A stretch of DNA of 64,000 nucleotides from Trichoplax sp. H2 (taxonomy: Eukaryota). Numbering within the stretch: position 1 is the first letter of the stretch; every line of letters begins with the position of its first letter. This document shows, one piece after another, positions 26,775-40,969 of this stretch. Location of the stretch: NCBI GenBank assembly GCA_003344405.1, contig NOWV01000162.1:1-64000 (forward strand), read 5' to 3'. The notes under the pieces are model-generated. The model saw only the letters and a program-made list of their open reading frames with translations, made no database searches and had not been told where the DNA came from. The translations under genes and the position numbers were made by a program.

Positions 26775-29700
26775 ATGGCTCTATGGATCTTAGGGATCTA
26801 TCTACTTGGAATGAGTGCTAACTTACCTGTAATCTATTCAGCAGGTTAGAATAAAAGCTAAGACAATCATGGTTACATGCTTAATTTAGCTAACAAGATT
26901 AATTGAGGGCTACGGTCAGCATAATTTTATATACGTGATTAATTAGTTAAATAGAGGCCTTTACCTAGAGATAGTAATATTATTTCGATAGGATTTAAAG
27001 CATCATTCATTTTTAGGTACGAGAAGGTAGTATGGTATAAAATCGATTTTCAGAATTATAATTGCATGACGAAGATATCTCCACTGAATGAATTTTAGGA
27101 TGTTTTTGTTTATTCGATTTAGCCCATACGTCTGTTCATAAATAGTGTTCAAAAATTGTGATTAATTATCATTTGATAAACTATTCGTGACATTTGTATA
27201 CGCGTACTATACATTATTCGTAAAGCTTTAAACTCTGTTATCGATTTCACCACTTTATAGTAGGCATGAAAGAAATACTTTGGAAATAGGGTCATTAAAA
27301 TTAATTTTATCTATTTCTTTCGCTAGTTTAATAAAATTTTATAGTCAACATGATGTAAATTAGAAGGAAATAAATGTTCTTGTTTCTTTTGGGTTTCTCG
27401 CGTATAGATTATACGTTTGCGAAGCAACCTTCCGATGTGATCATTATGGGAGGCACTATCGAAGCAGTGCTGGAATGTCAAGCCGAACCTATGCTAAATT
27501 TTCCTTGGTCTTACAACTGGTTACGGGGAAACCAGCTAGTTCATAACAATTCAAATAATCGATACCATTCATATCACCGTACAACCAAGCTAACTATTAG
27601 CTTAAGAAATAGTGATGGTTATTTCTTTAGTCAAGGTGAAGTCAATGATTATCGATGTACTGCCACCAATGCTAATGGAACCATTACCTCTAAACTTGCT
27701 CGATTAATTTCTGGACGTAAGTTTAATTTATGCAATGCAGTCTCGTACTTTACTACTTTTAATTTTAATTTTTAATTCTATTCTTCATCATTTTCTCGTT
27801 TTGTTAAACTTTTGAATTTCATAAATGAAAAGCGTAGTTATTATACTATAATAAATTGATAAAAAAATAATAAATCCAGGCGATATTAGAATAAATTTTT
27901 CATCATCTAAAATTATGACTATACTGTCGTTATGAGTAAAGCCATCATTTTAAGATGACATGATTCATTAATAGCACTCATTTACTATCATCACTTCCTG
28001 TGCCTTTTTAATGGATGTCCTTTCTAGTATAATAAGCTAGCTGCTAGCCAAGCTGGTGTATAAATTCATATCAGTAAATAATAATGTTTACCTGCCTTGG
28101 ATAAAGAGCATTAGTCTTAATTTTTAATTTTAGTACGACATTTATCCGAATGTATCGACCCTAAAATGTACGGATTATTTTACTTTTACCATTTAAAGAT
28201 ATTCTATTTAGAAAAGTTTCTGATATCATAGCGGAGCTATTCTATACTAAAGAATCTCTCCGACAAATAACGTTCTATACTCGTCCATAGAAGTATACTA
28301 TTACCAGTCTTGCTTATAGTTAAATTTATAGTTCCCCTCTGCCAAAAAGAATTAATTTGAATTCCTCTATATTAAGTTACGAAGAAGCTAACATAGCTAA
28401 TGTTATGCAATTGAGTTGTTAAATCATCTCTCGTACGATTAAATGAAATTCTCTGTTCCCTAAACTGATTCTTCTTGCAGTTATTACATAACGCCAATTT
28501 TATACTTTTCTGATCGAGCCTATAGCTAGGAATTGCCGTACAACAATCAAATCTTTAATAGATATTCTAAATTATATTTGGAAAGCAATGACAGTTACAT
28601 AATTCGCTTAAAGCAAACTCGCATTTATTCATTCCTACATAATCTTAGATTAAGACTATACCCTTTTACTTTCAATTTTAAGATGCAACTAATTACACCT
28701 GCATAATTTGATATAAAACTTAGATTTACTCATTTATACTTGATGTTTAATCATGGCCATGTCCTTTGATTTCAATCGTTTTTAATGTATTAATGATAGC
28801 TAAAAATATATTGTTCTACCATTCGATTTAAACTAAGCTTGAATTTTTCACTCGTATATGATATTAGATCATGTCTATCTACTTTTGATTTCAATTTTTC
28901 TAATGTAACTAATTACTGCAGGGACTACTAAAACTGTCGTTTTTCTTGTAGTAGCTCTTACTGATAATTACAAAATTTGATATAGATTAAAAAATTGGAT
29001 TTATTTATTCGTACAGGATGCTTGGTTGAATAAAGTATGCCTTTGGATTTAGCCTTTCTAATTGGACTAATAGATCTCATGCTTGATTCTTTCTCACTAG
29101 TTGCTTCACCTTTTACTGACAAAACCCAAAAAAACTTGAATAAAGATCAATATGAGCCCTTAGTGATACCATCGAACTATCAATCAATACCTGGACTATC
29201 ACTTAGTATTAATTGGAGGAAAAAAATGGGATTGAATTCGTTTCAAGCCATTGAATTTGGCAATGATGGACGACGAAGTGTTGCCCTCAACGGGGATATA
29301 GTTTTTTCCAATTTACTTCTTTTAGATAACTTAAATTATACATGTGAAGCAACATTAGTCGTTTCTGGCGACATAAGACGTAGTCGTGGATCACTAAATG
29401 TATTAACGGTCAACGGTAAAGGTAATATCGATATTAACTTTAGATATAGCTTAATCTATCAATGCGTTATGTCTATTTCACTCCTCTATTAATGAAACAT
29501 TGCTTACTAATTCCGATAAAATACTTATGCAATATGTTATCTCTGCTACTGCCTTATCCTTAATTTCTCACCCTTTTTGTATTATTTCTAATTTCATATG
29601 TAACTATCTATTACCGATATCATGGATACAGCCTGTAGTGGAAGTACTTGTGGTAAGTTTATAATAAAGAGAATAATAATAATTTGACTGACAGTTTACA

Positions 29701-32700
29701 ACCAATGGCTATAAAAATTCTTGGGATAAATTTCATTCTTTTCATAGTTGTAGACAAAAGTTGTCTACTTTAGTGTAAAAAAAATAAATAAGATCTTAAA
29801 GTAATTGCCCTCAGGGCATAATCGTATTGTCACATCAGTAGGTCATTTCTATTCTCTTTCCTTCGTAAACTAGTGGAAAAGTCAACAAAAATGCTGTAAA
29901 TAACCATGGTACTTCAGTTCCATCTGCAATAACATCCAGTTATTCACTGTTATGTTGATTACAATTTATCCTTCTTTCGTTATTGCCAAATTCGTCAAAA
30001 AACTTTTCCTTCATACGAGGAGTTTCTATTTCGGAAATACTTTCGTAATATTTATCGCCCACTACAGTTCAATGGGTTTAAGGTTAATTTTACTCTTTTT
30101 CTCATTTTGAAATATGGCAATTGTTCTTGTCAGAAATATCATCTGGCAGTTGATATGTCATTAATATTTCACTAATTGTTATCATATTTATATCTTATAT
30201 AATTCAATAAGGTAACGCGCAATAAATAAGATATCATATCGAGATATATTAAATTATTAAATCATAAGAATTTCATGAACCAAAATATAAAACGATTTTT
30301 TAGTGATAGAGTTCAATAAGATAGCTTTACTGGAGCAGATCTTACATCTAGATACGTTAAATTGTTAAATCGTAAGAATCTTGTTAATTAAACTAGTAGA
30401 ATAATTTTAAATAATGACCAAAGAATATCATCCCTTTATTTCTCGACTTCTTCATACTAGAATGTAAGCATTCAAGTTGACTAATATGATAAAACAACAA
30501 CATACTACTTACCTTAACTTTATTGATCTAATGTTATACTAAGAATTCAAGCTGATTATGAGGAAACATCGCTATATCTTACATAGATTGACTTTATGTA
30601 CAAGTCTTGATTAGATTAATTATTACCTTTTGAAAATCATTTGATAAGCACCATGACATAGGCACGTTATTACGGTATAAGAAAAAATGATTTCAATATA
30701 TATTACTATAATAAACTATCACTTTGATCGATCTGAGTAAAATCACTTCGACTTTATAGCTACAGAATAGGGAAATATCTATACAAGGTTTAAATTAATC
30801 TAAAATTAAATACACTCGAATTGAGTAACATGATAAAGCAACACCATTTTATTTGCCATAACTTTACTAATCTATTGCCTAGATAGACTGACTTTATATT
30901 CAAAGTCTGAATAAGATTTAACGTCGGTTGCAGTATGAATATTATAGCTACATTCTTGTGACAAGAAAAGAAATTGATTTAATACTAATTATACTACTGT
31001 AACATGATATTACTTTGATTTGTCTGGGTAAAATTATTTTAACTAAAGCTATTCCATAATAAAATGGCAATGTAGGATTTAAATTGATTTATAAACTCAA
31101 AGTTTTATGTTATTATTTTCCTTTTTCCAATTTAGATCGTCCATTGACAGTTATTAGGACTAGCAATTCCATCGTAGCTGGAGTCTTAGGAAGAGATGCA
31201 AGTTTGGAATGCATCCCTGGTGGACGGTATGTGGATAAATTAAGTATTTGAAAGCTAGTTAGGTTAATTTTAATTGATGAGAGAATATCGGCACTTGATT
31301 TATCCATCTACAAATGCCATGGCACTTCATTTGTGATTTAACCATGGATTACTCAATTCATAGTTTAGCTAGAATGGTTTAGTGACAATATACTGAACGC
31401 AGGTAGATGATATCCCACAAGATACAGCATATCTCTAGTTACTTTAACGACGGCATAAACCGTAACACTATTATTAAAGTAAAACTGATTCCTTTTGATC
31501 ATTATCATCTCAGTTTTAAAGGCTTCCAATATGATTTCTCTCGTTATGTGAATAGAATAAAGTGAATGATTGCAAATTTCCATCATTCCCTAGTTTTACT
31601 ATAAACAACTAAATACCTAAATACGGTGCAATGTGATTCCTATTTCTTTATTAAACTGTGCTTAGGCAATTAAACTTTTATTACACTAATAAAATAAAAT
31701 AACCGATTGCAATTTTTGTCATTCGCCAATTTAAACAGCTAAACACAAGGTGATCCCTATTTCTGTACCAAATTACGTATAAACAATTAATATCTATTGC
31801 TTGTATAAACTGTAAATTCTATCATCTAATTTTAAACAACCGGAAACAAGATAATTTATCATTTAGTATTAAATTGTGCAGAGATAATCAAGTATCCGTT
31901 GCATGTATGAAGTAAACCGAATGATTTAGTATTCTCCGATTTTAACCCACTTGACGCAAAATGATTTCCTTTTTTATGGTAAATTGCGCGTATACAATCG
32001 AATATCTATCGAGTGCGTAGATTGCAAATTCTATCCGTCTCTAATTTTAAACAATCGGACATAAGATGATTCCTCATTCTGTATTAAATAGTGTGAAAAT
32101 AATTAAGTGACCGTCGTGCATGTAGACTAAAATTAACGATTCTAACATGCTCTGATTTTAAATAACTTGACAAAAAATGATCAAATCTCTATCGTAGATA
32201 ATTAAAAATCTATTTCAATTCTAGACTCAAAGTTTAATCCATTTTGTATCATTCATAAATTGGATTTTAGGCCTACTCCAGTTGTCAGTTGGTGTATCTA
32301 CAATCCTTTCAACTATCAATGCCGACCAATTGTCTCTGATAATAGTAAATACTTGTTACAGTTTGGTAATCGACGACTACTGATTCGAAACATTGGATAT
32401 CAAGATAGAGCCATTTATCGCTGTGTCATGAAACTTAACTCCCAAGAACAAAGACGTGATATTAACTTAATCATTCACAGTAAGAACTAATGGATAGATT
32501 GATTCAGTATTAGCTACTATAAATCGTCTTCTGTATTTGTTTCTTTGCTTTATCTGATCATAAGCTAGAATAAAATATAAGACAATATTTGGATACTCAG
32601 TAGAGAATATTTATTAAATAATGATGACTCTGGTCAGATTTTTATATGTTATGGGTAGTTTATTACATCTCAACATGATTTTAACTGCAGAATCTATTAT

Positions 32701-35700
32701 GAAAGAAGTAATGATCATTTCCTAAAAGAAAATAAAAATACTATTCACTGATCTCAATAGCGCTACCAACTTGGAGTAATCCATTAACTTATACTACTGC
32801 ATCCATTGAGGATCGCTTTACTTGGCCATGTATAGCTGTTGGCACTCCTCCTATTACCTATCGGTGGTATCGAAATGGAAGTGAGATCCTTCGGAATGAT
32901 CGTCGATTTACATTTACCAATAGTTACGGCAATATTATCTTTAACAAGTTGGAAACAACCGATATTGGCGTTTATCAATGTCAAGCAACTAATCAATATG
33001 GGACTATATTTTCAAGTGGTTATTTACTCGTTAGATGTAAGTTTAGTGAATAGCATCGACATGCAACAAGTCAATAGCATTGTTCTAATAGTATATCGAA
33101 GGGATGCTTATCAATCCGATATACTGTATATTCAGCTAATAACATCAACGCTAGAAGAAGGCCAAAATAGTACAGTTTTAATAATAAAATTATTCTCTTT
33201 AAGCTGTCTATCCAATCCTTTTCAATAGCAGTTAGTTTATTGAGTAACCGCTGACCAGCTAGAACTAAAGCTCATTTAGAATGCAGATTGTTAGTAAATA
33301 TAAATGCTAAAATCCCTTTAGAGATCAAATTAAATATCCAAGTACGTATGTATCCATTTGATATTCGTTAAACCTCAATAGAATTTTACCAGAATTTCGA
33401 ACTTAAAAACTGAAGTTACCAAATGATAATTTATTTCTATGCTGAGAGTAAATCATATTCCAAGTACTTTCGCTTACATTTAGAGCTTAATGAGCTTTAG
33501 ATATTTAATATCTCTAGTAACTCCCTTGCTCAGCTTATTTCTGAACTTTTCTTACTCGCTATGTAATTTATGTATAGCAGCAATACCTCTTAATGTCGGC
33601 AGTCGGATAAAATTGAAGTCGTTACTTAAACTCTCGCATCTTTAATTTGCCATACTAACTACATGGTGATTTTTGGACACAGTAGCAAAGGCATCGTAAC
33701 GATTGCGCTAGGATAAATTATCAAGAGCTTACATTAATTTCTATTAGTTAGCTACAGTATAATTTTATATATTGCATAAAGTTGCTTGCTTCAAGCATTA
33801 TTTTCAATCGCATTAGAACCACTGCGATAGATTAAAATTAATAAAACTATTTGCTTGTAATTGCAGCGTTTGGCGTCATTTTTACTAAGCCTTTTAATCA
33901 AAATCAACTCATTCAAACTGGTCAAATTGGAGAATTTGAATGTTTAGTTGATGGTGGACCAAAACCTACTATGATCTATCGTTATAATGGTAGTGTTATC
34001 CAATTCCCGTCTAGTAAATATACTGCCCTATCCAATGGCAATTTAAGAATCCATAATGTTGCGATTAATGATACTGGAAGTTATCAATGTACCGCTACAA
34101 ATCGATTTACGCCCAATCCTATTACGAGTACCGCATCACTTCGAGTTTATGGTTAGTTTGCTAAATAATTTTTAAAATAGATGTCATTACTGTACATACT
34201 ACGTCATGGTCGTTAATCCATTTCTATCCGCCTATTTGATGGAAAGAATATATGCTTAAATTGAAAGATATTTCAGTAAAATAAAGGATAAATAGAGTAC
34301 TATAACTAGATTTCATCTTTTACTTTAGAGAGAACAAGGATTATTCATGGGCCTGTTAATCGAAACTATCGAATACAAGAAAGTGCAACACTACCTTGCA
34401 ATGTGACTAGTGATTTTAGACTTCGTTCCAATATTCAAGTGGTTTGGTATCGCAATAATGTTACTATCCAAACAAATCCTATCTATCGACTTACTGAACA
34501 ATATCCAAATTATCAACTACGTATTATTAATGGGATTAGATCCACAAGTGGTAACTTTACTTGTACAGTAACTGCTACTATTCCTGGCTTAACGACATTT
34601 TCTGACAGCAAAACTGCGACTATTTTATTCAATGGTAGGTTTACATATCAGATCGGAATGGGTTATCCTTCCTTTTTTTCAAACATTACAATATAGCCTA
34701 ATTTAATGGCTAGTCGATTTGGCTAGGGTCTTTTACCTTTATTTTTTCTTGCCAGTAAATACTTTATTGTTATATGAAAGAAGAAATCGACAACTAAGTT
34801 AGCTTGCTACTATAGCATTTCTTAAATTGCAATAGTAAATTTAATTTTAATATCAGATTATTCCGTACATTGATCTATGATAGTAAAAGTTATTAAAATT
34901 ATCGCTAGTAAAGCCTTTTTTGAATTATTTTCTAGCTGTAGCGTAGAAATAGTATATCATAATAGCTAGTTAGCCTCTGATATTAAACGCATTAAAATCT
35001 TTGTGATGATAGATATTCCAGTAGCTCCTTCTCTACAAAGTATTAATAGAATTAGTAATACTATGGCTAACATGACTTGGGAATTTCCTGCTAATGGCGA
35101 TAATGGAAGCCCATTGAGAGAATTTCTTATCGAATACAAGTCTGATTTTTACGATCAAGTTCGAGTATTTCAAAGAATTAGTGATACTGCAGCGCGTTAT
35201 GCCATCCTAAATTTTTCTCCCTGGGTAATTTATCAGCTACGTGTTGTTGCAGTTAATGGAATAGGTCGAAATACCACTAACAGCTTTTTAACTTTTAGCA
35301 CAAAAGCTATCACTAATGGTAAGGTGATAAATATCTTTTCTCGTAACATCAGTATTATATTAAGAGTAGAGATTTACGATCCTATGTAGTATAGAAATGA
35401 AAGGCTAATTATGCTATGTATTTCTTGCTCTATTTGGAAAATTTCGGTATCTAAAGTACCTACTGGTAAGGTGGAGAATCTTTATAGCAGAATTCGTGGA
35501 TCAGCTCGCAACGCATTAAACATTTTCTGGAAGGTAAGATTGGCCTTAAATAAATTAATAATTTAGTCGTTGCTCTTCAATCTAAAATAGGCTGTAATAA
35601 CATTACTGCATGGCTTATTTTTATGTAGCCATTAAGTCGAGAAGATGAAAATGGGCCTAACATAGGATACCAGATACGTTATCGCTTAAGTAGTGCAAAT

Positions 35701-38700
35701 TTGTTCACTAGCTACCGAAGGCTTGGCAATGTTTCGACCACTTTTATATCACAGTTGTTACCAAATGAATTTTATGACATCCAAATACAAGCTTATAATA
35801 GAGATGGAATTAGTGCAACCATTGCTACTATCAAAGCCTGTACCTGTATAACAGGTACGTTAATAATAATAAAGAAAATAGTCGTCGATTTATTAGATTA
35901 TAGATTGATCATGGAGGCATGAGCTATGCAGAGATCCCATTGCAATACTGTAGCAAATTTTTCGTATGACTTCAGCACTGATATTGCTAAAAATTCCTAC
36001 CATTTTGTGACGAGCGATATAGCTATACATGACATAGGAAAGTGAGCTTTTTCTCAGTTGCCTACCTTAATTGTGTAATATATTGCTTAAAATATTTTCA
36101 GTTTCTGTCTATAACGTTGCAGCATATATCATAACTTTGGCAATTACCTTCAGTAATCATTTAATAGTGGAGTAGATGCCGATTTAATAATTAATAAATT
36201 GCTTAATATTTCCCATTACGTAAGTAGTCAATCAGCACATGATGAAAAGAAAAAGTCAATTTCGAGATTGTTTTCATTAATCATTAACATTTTCCTAAAG
36301 TATTCTGTAAATAAGATTGGATCAGATATTGAAGAGTTCACTAACTAGACTAATAAGTTAAGATTTTATTTATAGTGTCTTTAATACAATATTAGATAAT
36401 CTAATGCGTATCTTTATATATATATATATATATATATGTTGTCGCTTATAGCTCCTTCTCAAGGTCCGACCAATGTTACTTCTGTGGTTATCTCCGATGC
36501 AGTAAGAATATCATGGAATGAAATTCCTGCGCATCATACCGGCGGAAATTTAAAAGGATACAAGGTAATTTTATACAGCATCTAGTTTATTTTTTTCAGA
36601 TAAATAAATCTTATAATAAAGTAAACACAGTATAATATTCGTTTATGGAATGAATCTATTGAAGTCAGCGATTATAAATCATGAAGTAATTTGTAATAAA
36701 TTAATGGATATTGTCGTGAAAGTAAACAATTTCGCATCTGAGTCAATTTTACTTCTAATTACTTTTCCGCTTTACTTTAACACCTTATAATGTACAATAG
36801 ATTCGATTTCGAAGTGATACTACACCACCTAGAACATATAATGGAGATGTCGGCCTGGTGACTAAATATGATCTGCGAGGCCTTGCAATCAATGTCAGAT
36901 ATTTTCTTACGGTTAGAGGTTATAATGATGCAGGAGATAGCCAACCATCAACACAGATCCTTTTTACCGCAGGAAGCAAGAGTAACTATCATTCAATGCA
37001 TAGAATAGATCCTATTCTAATACCTCTACAATTCAACTAATCTCTTCATTTTAATGACGATTTCAGGCACCATATATACTCCAACAGGATTACGACCAGT
37101 TTCTGTTAATCATAATAATGCTACAGTTCAATGGGTCATTCAAGGATCACCAGCATCATTTATCTTACAATATCGAAGTAAGTACACGAACTAAATTTAG
37201 GATTGAAGAATATCAGAATAAAATTGCCTTGACAGTATTGCTTCCATTTATTGAAACAAATTTGTAACGTTCTTATTGATAGGCTCAAGTCAATCGGCTT
37301 GGAGCAATTCAACTACAATCAGTGGATCAAGTCGTGATGGAATTTATACCAACTTGAAAGCAAAAACCCAATATGATCTTCGCGTTGTTGCACATTACTT
37401 TACGTTAGCCATAAGTCCGAGCTCTTCCATCGCTATTTCCACTAGCGGTAAATGCGATAATCATAAATCAATTTTTTCGTGTAGATGAAGTAGTAATAAG
37501 TGTTAGTAGTGATTTAAGAATTGACTGAACTAAATTTGCCCATGAAATGTTTGATTCTTAAAATTAATAGATGCACCGGTTGGTGAGCAAAGACCTTTTT
37601 ACCAGCAAGTCTGGTTTATCATCTTAGTGGCAATTTCAGGAATTGTTTTGGTCCTTATCATTATCTGTTCGTTGGTTATGAAGAGTCGCAAATCGGAAAG
37701 ACATTCAGGTACCTTTCTGTGTATATGGTACTATCTATTACTTATTTTAAGAGGATGATATCATTCTGCGGTATATGACCTAGTTTCTATAAGGCTTTGC
37801 GTATATACAATCGAACATTAGAGTTGAAACTTTTGACACTATCTACTTTAGTTCATATTTAAGTTATTCTTAAATAAAGTATCATTATGCAATATAAGTA
37901 TATGTCCTAATTTCTATTATTTTTATTATGATTAGAGACTATACAATTAAATTTTAGAGTTGAAATTTTTTAGCAGTATCTACTTTAGCTAAAATTTAAG
38001 TTATTCTTCAATAAAGAAGATATCAATATACGATATCTTTGTATATACCTTAATTTCTGTTATGTTTAGAGAGTATGCAATCGAATTTTAGAGTTTAAAT
38101 TTTTGACAATATCCACTTAAGGCAAAATTTAAGCTCTTAAATAAATTAATTTTTATTACTGTACACATAATTAGTATTATTAATGCGTAAACTTGCCGAT
38201 CTTGTAGTAATTATGAGCTCAGAAAAGGCTAAACTTATAAAGTGTACATTAATAATATCCGATTTATGGCTATTGAAACCAATTAATGGATATCTTGACT
38301 GTATAACAGTGATACGGATTTAATCATTGCATCCACTTATTGGAATATTTTTTGCTAAGATCAAATGTTTTTTTTACCTATAGGTGTTAGCCATGTCAAT
38401 TCACTTAAGGATAGGTAAGAATTAGCTATTATTAATTTTAAATTGAAGACTGGACTATATACAATTCAATGCTCGATTTATAAGTGTTTTATGCGTAAAC
38501 TTCAAGTTAATTCTACCCAATCGATATAATTAATACTTTGAAATGATTTCATACTTTATCCTTTTTTTGAAAAGATTTAATAATGAATTGCTTGCATAAT
38601 TGACAATCCACAGAGTGCCTCCGCGTCCACCGTCACCAAAAGATGAAAATAATGAGATAGAAGATGCTAAACGACCGCCATTACCTCAGGAAGCGCCAGT

Positions 38701-38914
38701 AATTCATGAGTATAAAGAGCTTGAACATATTGATGATGGAAGTAGTCATGACAGTCTAGATCAATATGGAAGTGAACATGTCACTGGTTGTTTTGATGAG
38801 GATGGCTCTTTTATTGACCAGTATGGCACAACTCAAAGTAAATATAGTGGAAGCCAACATGTCTTGCATCGATCAGCATCCGTTGGTAGCTCAGCTTTTT
38901 CTACCCTTGTTTAA
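26775..38914 (+). CDS. L1CAM-like: L1CAM/neuroglian-family cell adhesion molecule, paralog B (signal peptide, 6 Ig, 4 FN3, TM, cytoplasmic tail), about 1176 aa
   Basis: 19 frame-consistent GT-AG coding exons: 26775-26844 (signal, MALWILGIYLLG), 27408-27716 (Ig1), 29101-29415 (Ig2; alternative donor at 29421), 29632-29652 (micro-exon), 31136-31226 + 32271-32479 (Ig3), 32761-33036 (Ig4), 33867-34151 (Ig5), 34329-34634 (Ig6), 35013-35318 (FN1), 35457-35533 + 35629-35854 (FN2), 36452-36564 + 36801-36981 (FN3), 37067-37177 + 37283-37447 (FN4), 37571-37708 (TM), 38384-38414, 38614-38914 (DSLDQY..FDEDGSFIDQY..FSTLV*). Total 3531 nt. Confidence 0.9.
30470..32180. repeat. Intronic degenerate duplications (about 300 bp x2 and about 210 bp x2) in L1 paralog B
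   Basis: ATAGA.TGACTTTAT near 30583 and 30883; AAATTCTATC..TAATTTTAAACAA near 31815 and 32027. Confidence 0.55.
37800..38145. repeat. Intronic tandem array, unit about 135 bp, 3 copies
   Basis: TTAGAGTT(G/T)AAA near 37818, 37954 and 38088, each followed by TATC(T/C)ACTT..ATTTAAG. Confidence 0.7.
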
Positions 38915-40969
38915 AGCTATAGGAGTTGGAAAACTTCCACCTCAGATCTGAGTAAATAAACATAACCAACCACTCTTTCTACTTGGCTCCGGCCCTCACT
39001 CATTACACTGCAAAATTTTATTTACAATTGCTAACCTCAATATTACTATTAACATGATGAAATTTTCACATTTTCAATAGCAGTCTGCTTAGCTTTAATG
39101 CATTTCTTAGATATAAAACCTGTATTTAATTTATTGGCCACACTAATGAACTTGTTCCTTCAAAATGATGTTGTACAATTTTGATATGCCTACTAAACTG
39201 ACGTTGATAATTTTTAATAACAAATTTAGTATCAGTTCTATTATAGTTGAAATGCATGTATGATTACGTTTGATTTTTATCCGATATACATTCCGATTGC
39301 ATATAATCATTCATGATACCATTATATGAATACGTTTAACAGTAAAATAAATATAACCATATTCTAATATTATAATAATCAAATATTTTAAAATTAATTT
39401 GCAAATATCAACTATTCTATTGGCTGTTCTGTCACGATAATTTTGTTGCAAATTGGTGCCATCATAATCGATCGATAAATATGTTCTTTCATCTGTATAA
39501 GTTTGTGGCTGATAGATCGCGACAATGTTAAATCAGCCCAGAATACCCGTTTTGAGTAGGTTTGGTTCAATATACTACGAATCCATTGATTATAATGTAG
39601 TACTACTAAGCAGATAGAATTATCTCTAATGGCAGCGTTCAGTACCTAAATGTAGCTACAGAGTTTGAAGATTACTGATGACAAAACAATACACTTCGTT
39701 GTGTAAATGCACTGAATTGGAATAAAATTGATACATTTCCCAAAATTTGGCCAACTAATGAAGAGGATATAGTGAATTGTGTGAAAGTTGTTTTATAGTA
39801 ATTTTCAGATACGATATTGTATGTAATTGTTGTCACCTAAAGATCTTTTCTAGTATCGTAATAACTGAAGTCAAACAGTATGTTGATTCATTAGTTTTGA
39901 TATGACATGATAATCCTACTGTAAATGTCTAGTTCATCCATTACTTACTAATTTTATAAGAGCAAGTATTTGTTGGACAATTAATGTAATTTTAGTCGAT
40001 CTATTGCGCTAAAAATACTTAGCATACACTTGTACTGGCTAATTCTTGATAGCCTATTTAACTAAAAAGAATAAAATAGAAGCCTATGCAATAGACTATA
40101 AATAATTGCCTTACAAGAGCAATTAATTCCTAGACAAATTCATCTGTATCAGGTCGCAATTTCTTAAGTTGCTTACTATGATCCCTGATGGTTGTAATGT
40201 ATGAAGCTTCGTATAACTATACCAATCAATTATCGATAGAGCTCGCTGTGTAGTTCAACATTACCGGTAGAATAGACCTTGGAACCATTAACTACACAGC
40301 AGTAAATTATTCATCTGTCTAGATAAGTTGTTTAGAAAACAATGAATTGCGGAGAGTTGAAATTGATACTGTAGTTTAGATCAAGTGTTAAATTACTGAT
40401 GTCCAGTCAGGATGATTTAGCATCATTTTCGGCTATACACGTATGTATACATACAGTAGATGAGTATTAAATAGAAGAATCAATAGTGTTACCTACACAT
40501 TTCAAAGATCTCAATCTAAGATAGACAGTTTATAAGACAGTTAGGACAGTTTGATCTAAAGCAATACAATTTTATATTTATTAATATTCCATAGTAAAGA
40601 TATTTTATCGAATATTTTGGTACAGCAGTTTCTATGCACTTAATATCATGCGTAAAAGGTTCCAATTAATACGAGCACTGTACAAGTTGGACGAAATTCA
40701 CTTGGCTTGTACTGAAATTTTCATCACAAAAACAGTGGTGTAGAGAATAGTAAAGATGGTTCATCTCCTACATTCCATACATCACGACAAGGGTAAAATG
40801 ATGAAGAATAATTTTGATTACTGGCGGCGTAGGTGCATATCGATTATTCATTTAGCAATATACGATGAAATAGGTTATTCAGTATAAAGACGGTGGAGTA
40901 ATCCCAATTGATTACATTGATCATGTTAGGCCAGGTTCGTGTCCCATTGAGCCAGTAAGTAATTTCGTC

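Noticed and set aside
32839..33228. 129-aa ORF-track ORF
   Set aside because: Wrong frame; the real Ig4 exon (32761-33036) is read in a different frame.
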